A stretch of DNA of 64,000 nucleotides from Candidatus Thorarchaeota archaeon (GTDB lineage: Archaea; Asgardarchaeota; Thorarchaeia; Thorarchaeales; Thorarchaeaceae), in the NCBI GenBank assembly GCA_011364985.1, contig RDOC01000004.1, forward strand, positions 96,001 through 160,000. The letters are read 5' to 3'. The notes below the pieces were generated by a model, which was given only the letters and a program-made list of their open reading frames with translations, did no database searches and was not told where the DNA came from. The position numbers and the translations under genes were made by a program. Below are positions 1 through 9,963 of this stretch, piece after piece (positions within the stretch are counted from its first letter, which is position 1; each line of letters starts with the position of its first letter).

Positions 1-651
1 TATGCGACTGCTGCAGATGTGATGCTAAAGGGGGGGAATGCTTGGACTAAGGAAGGTCATTATGATAGGCTTGAAATCGACTACCAAATTGCCGCGGAGG
101 CGTATATCCTTGCTGCTGAAAAAGAGAAAGACCCCAACTGCTTTGTGAAGGGTGCCTTTTGCGCCATAACAGGGGGTGACCTAGAACTTGCGAAGCAGCT
201 GGTCCACGCCGCAGCAGAAACCGCCCGGGGCCACTTCAAGGAACTGGTGATTCTTGCCTTGATGCTGACTGAATATCAATTCGGTGACGGCTACAAGTAC
301 ATTGAAGAGGTGTTGAGGGACGAAGTATCAGGGCAGACTGTGAATGAAGCCCAGAGATACTTCTACTTGATCTTCACAGGCTTTGTCAGAACGACTCTAG
401 AATCAGAGGCTGCAGTGACAATAAAGAGTCTTGTTGAGAGCACTGGTCTTGAGAAGACAAAGCTTGTGGAGCTTGTTGAAAAGGGAATTCAGGAGGGCCA
501 CATTCCAGCCCTTCACGACAGCGATTCAGGTGAGCTCGTTGTCGACACAGACCGATACGACATAGACACGTTGTCGCTACGGAAAGGGCCCATTCTAAGC
601 AGGGATCTTGAGGACCCAGGTGTATGGGATCTAGATTTGAATGACGAATGA
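1..651 (+). CDS. 5'-truncated helical-repeat protein with C-terminal PCI-like winged helix
   Basis: Frame open from base 1. Ala-rich TPR/SNAP-like helices are followed by TIKSLVESTGLEKTKLVELVEKGIQEGHIPALHDSDSGELVV, which resembles a PCI winged helix. Confidence 0.55.
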   Translation, partial: YATAADVMLKGGNAWTKEGHYDRLEIDYQIAAEAYILAAEKEKDPNCFVKGAFCAITGGDLELAKQLVHAAAETARGHFKELVILALMLTEYQFGDGYKYIEEVLRDEVSGQTVNEAQRYFYLIFTGFVRTTLESEAAVTIKSLVESTGLEKTKLVELVEKGIQEGHIPALHDSDSGELVVDTDRYDIDTLSLRKGPILSRDLEDPGVWDLDLNDE

Positions 652-820
652 CTCAGGACCTAAGTAGCGGCCATTGAGTCTATGCATGGAACATTGAAAA
701 CCATTAACGAGCTACTTCATAGCATAACCGACTAGCATAATAGACATTGCTCAGCGATAGTATTTTTAGTACGATTGCTGAAGCTGTGACTTGCCAGCGC
801 CAAGATAAAGGGTGATTCAG

Positions 821-1039
821 ATGGCTGAAGGGCTGAAATGGCTGCAATGCCCCGTCTGCAAGAAGACAATATTCTGGGAAGTTCCAAATGAGGCATTGAA
901 GAGAGCTAAACGCTTCCCAGTTGCGGTCGTTATTAGTCATCAGGACCATCACTTTATATGCTACATCGACAGTCATCATCAGCTTGCAGACACCGAAATT
1001 GCCATTGCATATCTTGAAGGTAAATCAAGAGAAGAGTGA
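821..1039 (+). CDS. small Zn-binding hypothetical protein
   Basis: CPVC plus HQDHH motif; ATG at 821 after GGTGA RBS-like sequence. Confidence 0.6.
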   Translation: MAEGLKWLQCPVCKKTIFWEVPNEALKRAKRFPVAVVISHQDHHFICYIDSHHQLADTEIAIAYLEGKSREE

Positions 1040-1059
1040 GTGCGGTTCCTACCGAGTTT

Positions 1060-1635
1060 TCAACAAGGTGATGAATCAAGACCTTGATCGATTGCCCACT
1101 CCAGTACTCGTGATGCTTGAGCGCTTGCCATATTCCAAGTTCGTAGCTTAGCAACAAGATTCCTGATTCCTGCAATCCAGTCATGCAACAACGGTCGAAT
1201 CCGGCCGCAGAGAGCCGGGTCCTCTGCATTGCGAAGATGTGGTAGCAGTTTGTCAACCAGTGTCTGAGAGAGAACCAGTATCGTTTCGAGTCTGGCAATC
1301 CACTCCTGTCGGGGAAGGCCAGTCAGAGTCTGTGCAACTGCGAGATGATAGTCATATTGCGTGGTGAAATACCTCAACCGCCAGCTGAGAACCTCTAGCA
1401 GGATTGTCTTGTATGCCTCGCTCGGAGAAGTCTTGATTAGAAGAGTCAGAAATCGCTGGCACATTTCGTCAGCTGATTGACTTGCATCATAGTACAATGC
1501 CATAGCCTTCTGGTGCTGCTCATTGTTCAGGCTATCCTCTGCATCACTTACCGCCTTAGAGAATCTCTCAAGGAGCATCTTTGTGAATCCGTCTCGACCG
1601 ACTTGTTCACTTTCTCTTTCTGTCACAAGCACCAC
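1060..1635 (-). CDS. hypothetical alpha-helical protein
   Basis: 191-aa ORF filling the gap; no recognised motif. Confidence 0.6.
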   Translation of the reverse strand: MVLVTERESEQVGRDGFTKMLLERFSKAVSDAEDSLNNEQHQKAMALYYDASQSADEMCQRFLTLLIKTSPSEAYKTILLEVLSWRLRYFTTQYDYHLAVAQTLTGLPRQEWIARLETILVLSQTLVDKLLPHLRNAEDPALCGRIRPLLHDWIAGIRNLVAKLRTWNMASAQASRVLEWAIDQGLDSSPC

Positions 1636-1830
1636 CGGTTTATAAAGGGCTGCAGGGAGCGTGCCTCAAGACTTCTTCAGCCTGATTATGGAGGCACCAA
1701 TCCGAGAGTCACGTTGTTCCCAGCCTCATGAGGTATCCTTTCAGATATCTATTATAGTAATACATCTGATTGTGGTTTAAACGCCCTAAAAGATGTCTGT
1801 GATGTAGTAATATCCATGGAAAGGTCAAAA

Positions 1831-2805
1831 TCAGAGGGGAGGAAGATGGTGTGCCTTGTACTCGTCAGTGGCCTTGGTCCAACCTACAAAAGCCTCACAA
1901 GGGGGTGACTTCCGATATAGCTCTTTTCGGTCTGCCTCCAAGCATTCATTCTCTAATCCTGCCACTTCCGCCATGGATAGTATACTGTGATTATGGTAAT
2001 GAGCAAAATCCAGTGCAGAAGCAATCCATTCTGAGCAATTTGATGATCGCATAAGATGATGGTCAACAATCAGCATAGGAATTCTCGAAGCTAAGGCATG
2101 AAGCGAGTGTAACGCAGCAGTCTTGTGATGATCTTCGAACTTGTTCAAGTAGATGGGAGGCCCTCCGATTATTGCTGCATCTGGAGAGAGAGACAGAATG
2201 TAGTCTAGTGATTCCTGTGCGACCGGGCCTTGAACGTCTGGGGCGAAAAGGACACGTTTACCATCATATTCTATCAGAGTTGTAAGGACAAAACCAAGCC
2301 TTGTGTCCTTTGGACCATGAGGAAGTGCAGGAGAATAAAGGAGATCGGTATTTCCAAAGGAATATCTTCTGCTGTCGCTCCAACGAATCTCCGTCACCAA
2401 GTCTTTGACATCTTTCTCGAAATAGAACCCCCTCCTTCTCTGGGAAGCGTTTATCTTGTCACGATAATCCTTTGCCAGTACTATTTTGCCCTGACAGAGC
2501 CTCTGCAGTTCCTCTCTTGAGGACAGAGTGTATCGATAGTCCGTAAAGCCTGGGCGTACATGGTCAAAATGGTAGTGCGAAATTGAGAGAACATCAGCAG
2601 TTCTTGCGGATACGAAGATTCTTTCAAGGACTTTCAGCAATCGACGATATTCCATTGGATGTGGTTCCAGCTGATATCGCATTGATAGGGATGCAGAAGG
2701 ATCCATGAGAATAGCTATATCAGGTGTCCGAATCAGCGTACATAGTGAACGCACACCCATGCTTTCTGCTGCAATGGGCTCAATGGAAATGCTCCCGATG
2801 TTCAT
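1831..2805 (-). CDS. UPF0282-type metallo-beta-lactamase-fold hydrolase
   Basis: AAESMGVRS, SHYHFDH, PHG, DVQGP, DHHLMR motifs. Confidence 0.85.
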   Translation of the reverse strand: MNIGSISIEPIAAESMGVRSLCTLIRTPDIAILMDPSASLSMRYQLEPHPMEYRRLLKVLERIFVSARTADVLSISHYHFDHVRPGFTDYRYTLSSREELQRLCQGKIVLAKDYRDKINASQRRRGFYFEKDVKDLVTEIRWSDSRRYSFGNTDLLYSPALPHGPKDTRLGFVLTTLIEYDGKRVLFAPDVQGPVAQESLDYILSLSPDAAIIGGPPIYLNKFEDHHKTAALHSLHALASRIPMLIVDHHLMRSSNCSEWIASALDFAHYHNHSILSMAEVAGLENECLEADRKELYRKSPPCEAFVGWTKATDEYKAHHLPPL

Positions 2806-3296
2806 TCTGAAACCGTCCTGTAGTAATTCAGTCTGTATTTGCTACCTGCCTGAACAAGCTCTGCTTCGTACAGCTTGGGGAACTCCACTAGGTTCATGAA
2901 GCCATTGAACATGAACAAGTCAGACGGGAGGAAATTGTCTCTTTTGACGCCCACTTCATCCAAGTCGAACAAGGCAAGATGGCCCTCTCGATGATCTGCT
3001 TGGAAGTTGGCTATTCTGGCATAGCTTACAAATATCAGGAAGTGAGAAAGCAGAGTTCCATTTTGCCCAACTAACCGTTCTGATACGAAGCCGCGGTAGG
3101 AATAATCTTCCACTGAATCACAGCCAGTTTCCTCAATGATTTCTCGGATGGTGGCATCACGAACGTGTTCTCCAAGACCTATTTTCCCTCCAATCAAGCT
3201 CCATAATCCTTCATAAGGAGCACTCCTCCTTCGTATGAACAGAAACTTGCCTCCGCACTGTAGAATAGCTATCGCTACTGGTACAAGACTAGGCAT
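2802..3296 (-). CDS. NUDIX hydrolase
   Basis: Nudix box GGKIGLGEHVRDATIREIIEETG; start taken at MPSLV. Confidence 0.85.
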   Translation of the reverse strand: MPSLVPVAIAILQCGGKFLFIRRRSAPYEGLWSLIGGKIGLGEHVRDATIREIIEETGCDSVEDYSYRGFVSERLVGQNGTLLSHFLIFVSYARIANFQADHREGHLALFDLDEVGVKRDNFLPSDLFMFNGFMNLVEFPKLYEAELVQAGSKYRLNYYRTVSE

Positions 3297-3444
3297 ATCG
3301 ATTCGCTCCTCCAGATAATCTAGTGTACAATCACCCTGTTTCTTCGTCTTCATTCCTTTAAAGCTAGAGGAAGGACAAGCTTATTCCATTTGAGAGACGA
3401 AGATTATTAGCAGACAGCAATGCAGTTTCAACAAGGTTGGCAAG

Positions 3445-4908
3445 TTGACGAGATTTCTTGATGAAGAGATAAGGAAGAGCATACTAGCGGAAATTCGCCC
3501 AACGGAAGAGGAAATCAAGAAACAGAAAAAGCAAGTGTCCAGAATTACTGAGAGTCTGAAGAAATTCGCGCATTCTGAATGGAAATACACACGCATTCAG
3601 GCGGAGGGTTCTACAGGCAAGAAACAGACACAGCTGAGAGGAGCGTCCGATCTTGATATCTTTGTGATATTGAATCCTGAAGACTATGGAGACGTACTCG
3701 CAAAGAACCCAAGAGCAAGAATGAATGCAGTTAATAGCATAATGGAAGCAGTTGTTGACGAATGGTTCATCCCAGCCTTGAGGAAGCTGAAACCAAGCAG
3801 CTGTCAAAAGACATACTCACAACACCCGTATCTCAGTGTCAAACTGAACGGTTTTGACGTTGATATCGTCGGATGCTTTGAAGTCTCTCCACAGGAACTT
3901 CTGGCTTCGGGACCAATTAGTGCGATGGACAGAACTATTCACCACTCTGAATATGTAAATCTTCATCTTTGTCAAGAGACCCGAGATGATGTTAGAATAC
4001 TGAAATCCTTTGCCAGAGCAAGCTATGCATACGCTGATACTTGTGCAGTAGGCAGGATGGGATTCACGGGGTATGCTTTGGAACTGCTAATCATTCGAGG
4101 CGGCGGTCTTGAACAAGCACTAAAGTACATTATTGATCTTGAAAGGACACCATTGGATCCTGAAGGTAGAAGCCTTGCCAAGCTCAAAGAAGACCCTTCC
4201 TTCAGAGATGATTTTGTATTCATTATTGATCCGATAGATCCAAATAGAAATGTCTCGTCGAGCTTTGATGAAAGAACAGTCAGGCTTCTTAGAATGCGAG
4301 CCGAAAAACTTCTTGAAGAGTTTGAAGAAGGAAATATTAACAGAATAATGAAGATGGTAATAGAGAAGCCAATTTCTCTAAGTCCCTTGCCATCGTGGAT
4401 AGTGCGGCATTCAATAGTATTCGAGTTCAAAGAGGAGAAATCATACCACTATTCTGTATTCAGAGATAAGCTATACAGTCTAGGAAAATTGGTCGCAGGG
4501 CAGCTTCAGCATGAGCAAACCGGAGAAATAAGATTTGGGGCTACACTCTTTGAAGTATATTTCGAAGCAGAATCATACAGCCTAGCGTTTCTAGTGGAGA
4601 ATATGATGATTTCGAACGTGTATTCCTACAAAGGACCTCCCCTGAATTTGTCTACTGCGGTTGAAGATTTCAGAAGAGTGCACGCAGACACCGTTGAGAA
4701 AGCAGGCTATATCTGGACGACCAAGGAGCGCGAGTTTACTTCGGCTAGGAGTCTTGCAGAAACACTCATTGACCACTATGGTATTAAGGGACTTAGCAGA
4801 AAGGAACCAGGAGAAACCTCAACCAAGCTTCTCAGAGTCATTCTGGACCACGTGCTTCCTGTTGAGCATGGCTTTCCCGTCGATAGTATTAGAAATAAAC
4901 CTAAATGA
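3445..4908 (+). CDS. cca: archaeal CCA-adding enzyme (tRNA nucleotidyltransferase)
   Basis: GS...T.LRG.SDLDIF, YSQHPY, SAMDRT..H, GFTGY..ELL, DPIDPNRNV. Confidence 0.9.
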   Translation: MTRFLDEEIRKSILAEIRPTEEEIKKQKKQVSRITESLKKFAHSEWKYTRIQAEGSTGKKQTQLRGASDLDIFVILNPEDYGDVLAKNPRARMNAVNSIMEAVVDEWFIPALRKLKPSSCQKTYSQHPYLSVKLNGFDVDIVGCFEVSPQELLASGPISAMDRTIHHSEYVNLHLCQETRDDVRILKSFARASYAYADTCAVGRMGFTGYALELLIIRGGGLEQALKYIIDLERTPLDPEGRSLAKLKEDPSFRDDFVFIIDPIDPNRNVSSSFDERTVRLLRMRAEKLLEEFEEGNINRIMKMVIEKPISLSPLPSWIVRHSIVFEFKEEKSYHYSVFRDKLYSLGKLVAGQLQHEQTGEIRFGATLFEVYFEAESYSLAFLVENMMISNVYSYKGPPLNLSTAVEDFRRVHADTVEKAGYIWTTKEREFTSARSLAETLIDHYGIKGLSRKEPGETSTKLLRVILDHVLPVEHGFPVDSIRNKPK

Positions 4909-4921
4909 GGGAGTAAGAGAA

Positions 4922-5998
4922 TTGCCAGAATACGAAATCGGATTCGTCACCACGGAACAAGATGTAAACCATTGTCAACCATTTCAAAAACCGAATCTGG
5001 AAGCCTTGGAAACACCTCTTAGGATTGAAATGGCACTGGATTATCTTGAGAAATCCGGAGCACTTACTGGACTGAAGAGCATCCGAAGCAAGGAAGCGAC
5101 CTTGGAAGACGTATTTGTGGTGCACTCACCATATCTAATTGACACCGTTCGCTTGATGTCAGACTTGGGATGCGGCTACCTTGCGGAGTCTGCGTATGCT
5201 AGTGCTGACCTTTTATTTTCCTCACTATGTGCTGTGGGAGGTGCGCTGGCTGCATCAAGAGAGATTCTTAGTGGAGGATCTAAACACGCATTCGCACTGA
5301 TTCGTCCGCCAGGGCATCATGCTTCCACCTCCAGTCCCGGGGGTCTGTGCTACTTTAACAATGTTGCAATTGCTGTAAAACATGCCATGCAAGACGAAAG
5401 CATCAAAAGAGTTTCAATCATTGACTTCGATAACCATTTCGGCAATGGAACAGCAGAGATATTCTATGCCGACCCCTCGGTACAATACATATCTCTTCAC
5501 GAATATGACTATACCAGTCTTGGAATCGGGCACTACGAAGAAGTGGGGTATGGAGAGGGCATAGGAACAAACATCAATATTCCACTCTTGGAATCGACCT
5601 CAGATTCTAGTTATTCCGCGGCACTTGATAAGATTGTCAAGAAAGCTGTCATGAGTTTTCGCCCAGATATCATAGCAGTCTCTGCGGGATACGATCCGCA
5701 CTATGCCGACCCTGTGGGCAATATGGACATCGACTCACGAACCTTTTGGAAGATTGGCTCAACGATAAGAAGCCTGGTTGATTCACTGAAATTGAAGGGA
5801 TCCTTTTGGGTTCTTGAGGGAGGGTATAATCTCTTCACGATCGGTCCTTCAATTCATGGTAGTCTTTCCGGATTGAAGGGAGAATCAATGCCTAGACTTC
5901 AAGACCAAATAGAAAGGGAAATCTGCGAGGCACTTGAAGAAGGTAATGAAGAAGTGATAGAAAGAGTTCTGGAAACAGTATCGCCGTTTCTTGAGTAG
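4922..5998 (+). CDS. histone deacetylase family / acetoin utilization deacetylase
   Basis: RPPGHHA, GLCYFNN, DFDNHFGNGT, SAGYD, LEGGY; likely TTG start at 4922 after GAGGGAG. Confidence 0.9.
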   Translation: MPEYEIGFVTTEQDVNHCQPFQKPNLEALETPLRIEMALDYLEKSGALTGLKSIRSKEATLEDVFVVHSPYLIDTVRLMSDLGCGYLAESAYASADLLFSSLCAVGGALAASREILSGGSKHAFALIRPPGHHASTSSPGGLCYFNNVAIAVKHAMQDESIKRVSIIDFDNHFGNGTAEIFYADPSVQYISLHEYDYTSLGIGHYEEVGYGEGIGTNINIPLLESTSDSSYSAALDKIVKKAVMSFRPDIIAVSAGYDPHYADPVGNMDIDSRTFWKIGSTIRSLVDSLKLKGSFWVLEGGYNLFTIGPSIHGSLSGLKGESMPRLQDQIEREICEALEEGNEEVIERVLETVSPFLE

Positions 5999-6068
5999 AC
6001 GAGATGCACAATGTTTTAAGTTAAGCCGAGCTGAGCGTTGTAAGAACCCTAAAGGATGGAAAACGGAC

Positions 6069-6341
6069 TTGGGTAAAAAGAGAAAATCAGGTGGCCGAAG
6101 TAAGGGCAAATCTGGAAAGACTGGAACAGTTCAATGCTCGAAGTGCGGCCGCTTGGTACCAGCAGACAAGGCCAAGAAATACACAAAGCGAATTTCGGCC
6201 GTTGACCCTCAGCTCGCTCGCGAACTTCGGCAGCAAGGCAGCTACATTCAAACTCGGAGAGTGACCCAGTACTACTGCATTAGTTGTGCAGTTCACTCAG
6301 GCAAAGTCCAGATTCGGCAAGCTACCGACCGCCGAGATTGA
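6069..6341 (+). CDS. rps26e: 30S ribosomal protein S26e
   Basis: KKRKSGGRSK, VQCSKCGRLVPADKAKK, YCISCAVH; TTG start at 6069. Confidence 0.95.
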   Translation: MGKKRKSGGRSKGKSGKTGTVQCSKCGRLVPADKAKKYTKRISAVDPQLARELRQQGSYIQTRRVTQYYCISCAVHSGKVQIRQATDRRD

Positions 6342-6428
6342 GACCATCGCCAATTCAAACACAAGATGTTTGTCAACACGCTCGGAATCCTGCTTGAGGC
6401 TGTTCTCTCAGAATAGACGGTAGTCCGC

Positions 6429-7019
6429 ATGACATGTCAACCAAGTCTACTTCGATTCGTTTTCCTGCTTCCCCGGTTATCTGTTAAGGGAGATTTCAAC
6501 CTGAAGGATCTTCCCGGTTCAGGGGAAAGAGTCGACATCTTGTGCAGGGCATTATCAGCTTGTTTTGGATGGGGGCCCTCAACATGGAATAAGGACAACC
6601 TAGAGCTTGCGGCAGTGATTGATGACAAAGTGACTCTTACATTTTCAAATCCAACCTGTGGTGTCCATGACGGGGAAACAGCGTGGGCGAAGGAAATCAG
6701 ACGTGCGCTACAGGGAAATCCACCTTCATTCATTCAGAGAAGAGAGATCGGACTGGAAACGTTAATTGAGGAGATGATTTCCTCATGCAATTCACAGACT
6801 TGGGCATTGGATGAAAACGGCACTGTTTTCGATGACATTCGCGCCCTGATTCCTGCACAGGAGAACTACATTATCATTGGGGACCATAAGGGATACGATA
6901 AAAAGGCAAAGAGAATTTTCGCAAAACATAGCATTTATCGCATTTCACTTGGTGAAATCAGCTATCTTGGAAGTCACTGCGTGGCCGCCATGATTTCTAT
7001 GTTTGAAAGGATGAAATAA
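6429..7019 (+). CDS. trmY: tRNA (pseudouridine54-N1)-methyltransferase TrmY-like (SPOUT)
   Basis: DFNLKDLPG.G.RVDILCR, IIGDHKG, ISLG..SYLGSHC. Confidence 0.8.
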   Translation: MTCQPSLLRFVFLLPRLSVKGDFNLKDLPGSGERVDILCRALSACFGWGPSTWNKDNLELAAVIDDKVTLTFSNPTCGVHDGETAWAKEIRRALQGNPPSFIQRREIGLETLIEEMISSCNSQTWALDENGTVFDDIRALIPAQENYIIIGDHKGYDKKAKRIFAKHSIYRISLGEISYLGSHCVAAMISMFERMK

Positions 7020-7021
7020 CA

Positions 7022-7381
7022 ATGTCCCAGAATCCAGAGCACAACCCACAAGGAGAACCACCAAAAGCGATGCTAAGGCTCCATAACAAGCTAACCAAGG
7101 AAATGCTTTGGATGTATATTCTTCGACTGCTGCAAGAGAGACCGCACTACGGTTACGAGATCAAAGAATTGGTAACAGAAAGATTCGGATTCTCACCGGC
7201 CACGGTTAGTGGATATGCAATCCTCTATCGGTTAACTAAGGATGGTCTAATTGCTGGGCAGAGAAAGGATGACTCTCCCCGAAAATACTACGAGATTACT
7301 GAGGAAGGACGAGATGCCATGAAGAGCGCAAAAGAGTTTCTCTCTGAAACACTCCACAGAGTGTTTGATCTCACAGAGTAG
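7022..7381 (+). CDS. PadR family transcriptional regulator
   Basis: IL.LL...P.YGYEI, LYRL..DGLI, RKYYEITEEG. Confidence 0.9.
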   Translation: MSQNPEHNPQGEPPKAMLRLHNKLTKEMLWMYILRLLQERPHYGYEIKELVTERFGFSPATVSGYAILYRLTKDGLIAGQRKDDSPRKYYEITEEGRDAMKSAKEFLSETLHRVFDLTE

Positions 7382-7442
7382 GTAGTGTTATTTGACCTGC
7401 ACTCTTGCGAACAACATGGGACATCTATCAAGCATAACGGAT

Positions 7443-8174
7443 TCATGTGCTTTGGCCTTCATTTGATCGAACTGCACCGATGATTTTTCGTGCATAGAGC
7501 AGGCGTTGAGCCACGGTGACGTGAGATAAGACACCAACGAGAAAGATGCAAACTGCGAGTATATTTGTCAGATTCAGCAATACAAAGAAATCCATCACAT
7601 CTGCTGGCATAATGGCTAGGAAGTCCAACCAGATATTCGTAGGAGGCAATGCCAGCAGCAAAATGCCAATCATAGTCAGAATCATCTTCTCTTGACGCTC
7701 AGCAATACCTACTGTGCAGCTTTCCATTCCGCCGACTGATTCTGCCTTGGCGCGAGTGAAGCTTGCCATAATCATACCAACGAGTGCGAAGAAGCCCCAG
7801 AACCAATGAACATAGCTATCACCGAGAGAGTAAGGCCACCAGAGAATAGGGATTATGCTTGTTGGGCCAAGCATAAGACCTAACATGAAGAAATACTCGG
7901 CATATCTGTCAAGGGTATGATCCAAGGTAGCGCCAAAAGGTGTCGCCAGACCTGCAGCTCTAGCCACGGCACCATCAAGCATATCCAGAACAACAGAAAG
8001 GATCATGAAAGCAAGTCCAAGCAGAAGGTCGCCAAGGAAAAAGATGTATGCGGTTATCATCGCAATAACCACTGTGAGTCCTGTAATCATGTTGGGTGTG
8101 ATTCCTGTCCTTGCCAGAATTTCTCCTACGGGTTTCATGGCCCTTTGGTAACGTTCTCTCAGTTTTCCAAGCAT
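7443..8174 (-). CDS. CDP-alcohol phosphatidyltransferase (archaetidylinositol-phosphate synthase-like)
   Basis: DMLDGAVARAAGLATPFGATLDHTLDR signature. Confidence 0.9.
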   Translation of the reverse strand: MLGKLRERYQRAMKPVGEILARTGITPNMITGLTVVIAMITAYIFFLGDLLLGLAFMILSVVLDMLDGAVARAAGLATPFGATLDHTLDRYAEYFFMLGLMLGPTSIIPILWWPYSLGDSYVHWFWGFFALVGMIMASFTRAKAESVGGMESCTVGIAERQEKMILTMIGILLLALPPTNIWLDFLAIMPADVMDFFVLLNLTNILAVCIFLVGVLSHVTVAQRLLYARKIIGAVRSNEGQST

Positions 8175-8247
8175 GAGCTTCACTTTTCCAAGACCCAGGG
8201 TCGGCTTCGCCCAAATTCAGTGCACTAATAAACGTGTTGTGAAGCAG

Positions 8248-9933
8248 TCACAGCACACTATTGATGCGTTTTAGTACCCACTCATTTCCTAGAAGATTTA
8301 GAAATCCGCCCAGTCTGGGACCTGACTTTCGAGAAATCAGAATACGGTATAACACAACAAAAGCTCTCTTGTCCTTCATTCCAACGGCGCGTGCCGTTTC
8401 AAAGACTTTGCTCTGTAATTCCTCATCATCAAGTGATTCTCCCTTTAGGACTTCACAAAATTTTGTGAGAAACTTGCGGTCGTTATCGGTAATAGTGTCC
8501 ATAATCTCTTCTCGCACAGAATCCGGAACCTCAACCTTGTCCCTATCAGATCCAAACTCCTGAGCCCAAGTCCTTGCTCTATTGAGCCTTATCGGAATAA
8601 GCTTCTTTGCTTCGGTGGAAATCTCATTAAGCCCAAATTGTTTCTTCAGAACCTGCTCGCATCGTTCAAGAATGGTCGTAAAGCCAAGAATGCCCTCCAT
8701 TTGAGAGGTTATGATTGCGAACTTGTACGGCAGTTTCGGAACGTATTTCTCCGAAACCTCGCCATTCAGACATAGAGGATACAGTAGTCGAATTAGGTCC
8801 ATCTTTTCCTCTGGAGCGTCCTCAAGACCGTAGAACGTTCTCTCAAACCTATCAAATTCATCTACCATGTCAGGTATTCGCTCTGGATGCAAATCAATAG
8901 CTCTCTCAAGAGGCGGTGTCAACATTAAGTACCGATATAGCTCTGGAGGCGCAATTGAAAGCCATACCTTTGGACTGAACACAATTCCCTCTGATGTTGA
9001 CATGTCTCGGCCCCCAATGCGGACCCATTCAAAGGGCACTTTCACTGGACCTTCCATTCCAAAGACACGTCGGGATATCTCTAGACCAGTGTCAAATGAA
9101 CCACCCTTTACTGAGTGGTCCTTTCCTGCTGGCTCGCATGTCACATTCAGGACGAACCACTTCGCAGGCCAATCAATACGCCAAGAGAGTTTCACTTGGA
9201 GTTCGTTAAGAGACACTTCATCACTGTGGCCACAGGAAGGGCATGAAAAGGAAACCTTGTCGGTGACAGGATCATAGCCTGTGATTCTATTAACAACAAT
9301 TTCGCCCTTTGCACCTGCCTGAATACGTCCGCAAGAAGGACAGAATACAGAGGCTGGAAACCAATTCTTCATAGATTCTAAATAGTCAGCTTTCTGCGCA
9401 TCATTGAAGTCTCGCGCTACATATTCGATGAGTATCTCACGAATGGTTTCTGTATTCCTCAGACAGATTCGGGTCGCTTCCTGCATCTTACCTGATTCGT
9501 ACAATTTGCTTTGCCAAACCACCTCAGGGCTGACACCAAATTCTGGAAATGTTTTGATGAACTCATTTGTGGCATGTGCTCCGAAACTTTCACAGCATCC
9601 AAACTCGTCTGGCACCTTAGAGTATGGGATTCCGAGCCACTCGTCGAGCGAGAGTGAAACACTGGAAGGAAATGAACGAACTGGATCGTAATCATCTGCA
9701 ACAAAAAGTGTGCGTGTCTTCTTGCCGGCTTCGAGGAGTTTTCGCTTAATTACATCGGCTATGATAAGCTCACGGTAGAAACTGATGGGAATACTGCCAC
9801 TTATGCTCTTACCCGTAGAAACGATATACTCATCAGCTTCACGTTCCAATACACGCTCAAGTAGGTCATTTATCCAGTGAATGCTATATTCGAACTCAGA
9901 GGCTTCATCTGACACGCAATGGTCACCGGTCAT
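8248..9933 (-). CDS. lysS: class I lysyl-tRNA synthetase (signature motifs atypical)
   Basis: KLSWRIDWPAKW, EPAGKDH...GGSFD, two CxxC motifs, SGPRLG C-terminus. Confidence 0.88.
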   Translation of the reverse strand: MTGDHCVSDEASEFEYSIHWINDLLERVLEREADEYIVSTGKSISGSIPISFYRELIIADVIKRKLLEAGKKTRTLFVADDYDPVRSFPSSVSLSLDEWLGIPYSKVPDEFGCCESFGAHATNEFIKTFPEFGVSPEVVWQSKLYESGKMQEATRICLRNTETIREILIEYVARDFNDAQKADYLESMKNWFPASVFCPSCGRIQAGAKGEIVVNRITGYDPVTDKVSFSCPSCGHSDEVSLNELQVKLSWRIDWPAKWFVLNVTCEPAGKDHSVKGGSFDTGLEISRRVFGMEGPVKVPFEWVRIGGRDMSTSEGIVFSPKVWLSIAPPELYRYLMLTPPLERAIDLHPERIPDMVDEFDRFERTFYGLEDAPEEKMDLIRLLYPLCLNGEVSEKYVPKLPYKFAIITSQMEGILGFTTILERCEQVLKKQFGLNEISTEAKKLIPIRLNRARTWAQEFGSDRDKVEVPDSVREEIMDTITDNDRKFLTKFCEVLKGESLDDEELQSKVFETARAVGMKDKRAFVVLYRILISRKSGPRLGGFLNLLGNEWVLKRINSVL

Positions 9934-9963
9934 CCTGTCGAATGGATGCTAAAGAAGATTGCT

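Noticed and set aside
4661-4921. N-terminal extension of the deacetylase overlapping cca
   Set aside because: It overlaps cca by about 250 nt; an RBS plus TTG at 4922 gives a normal-length protein.
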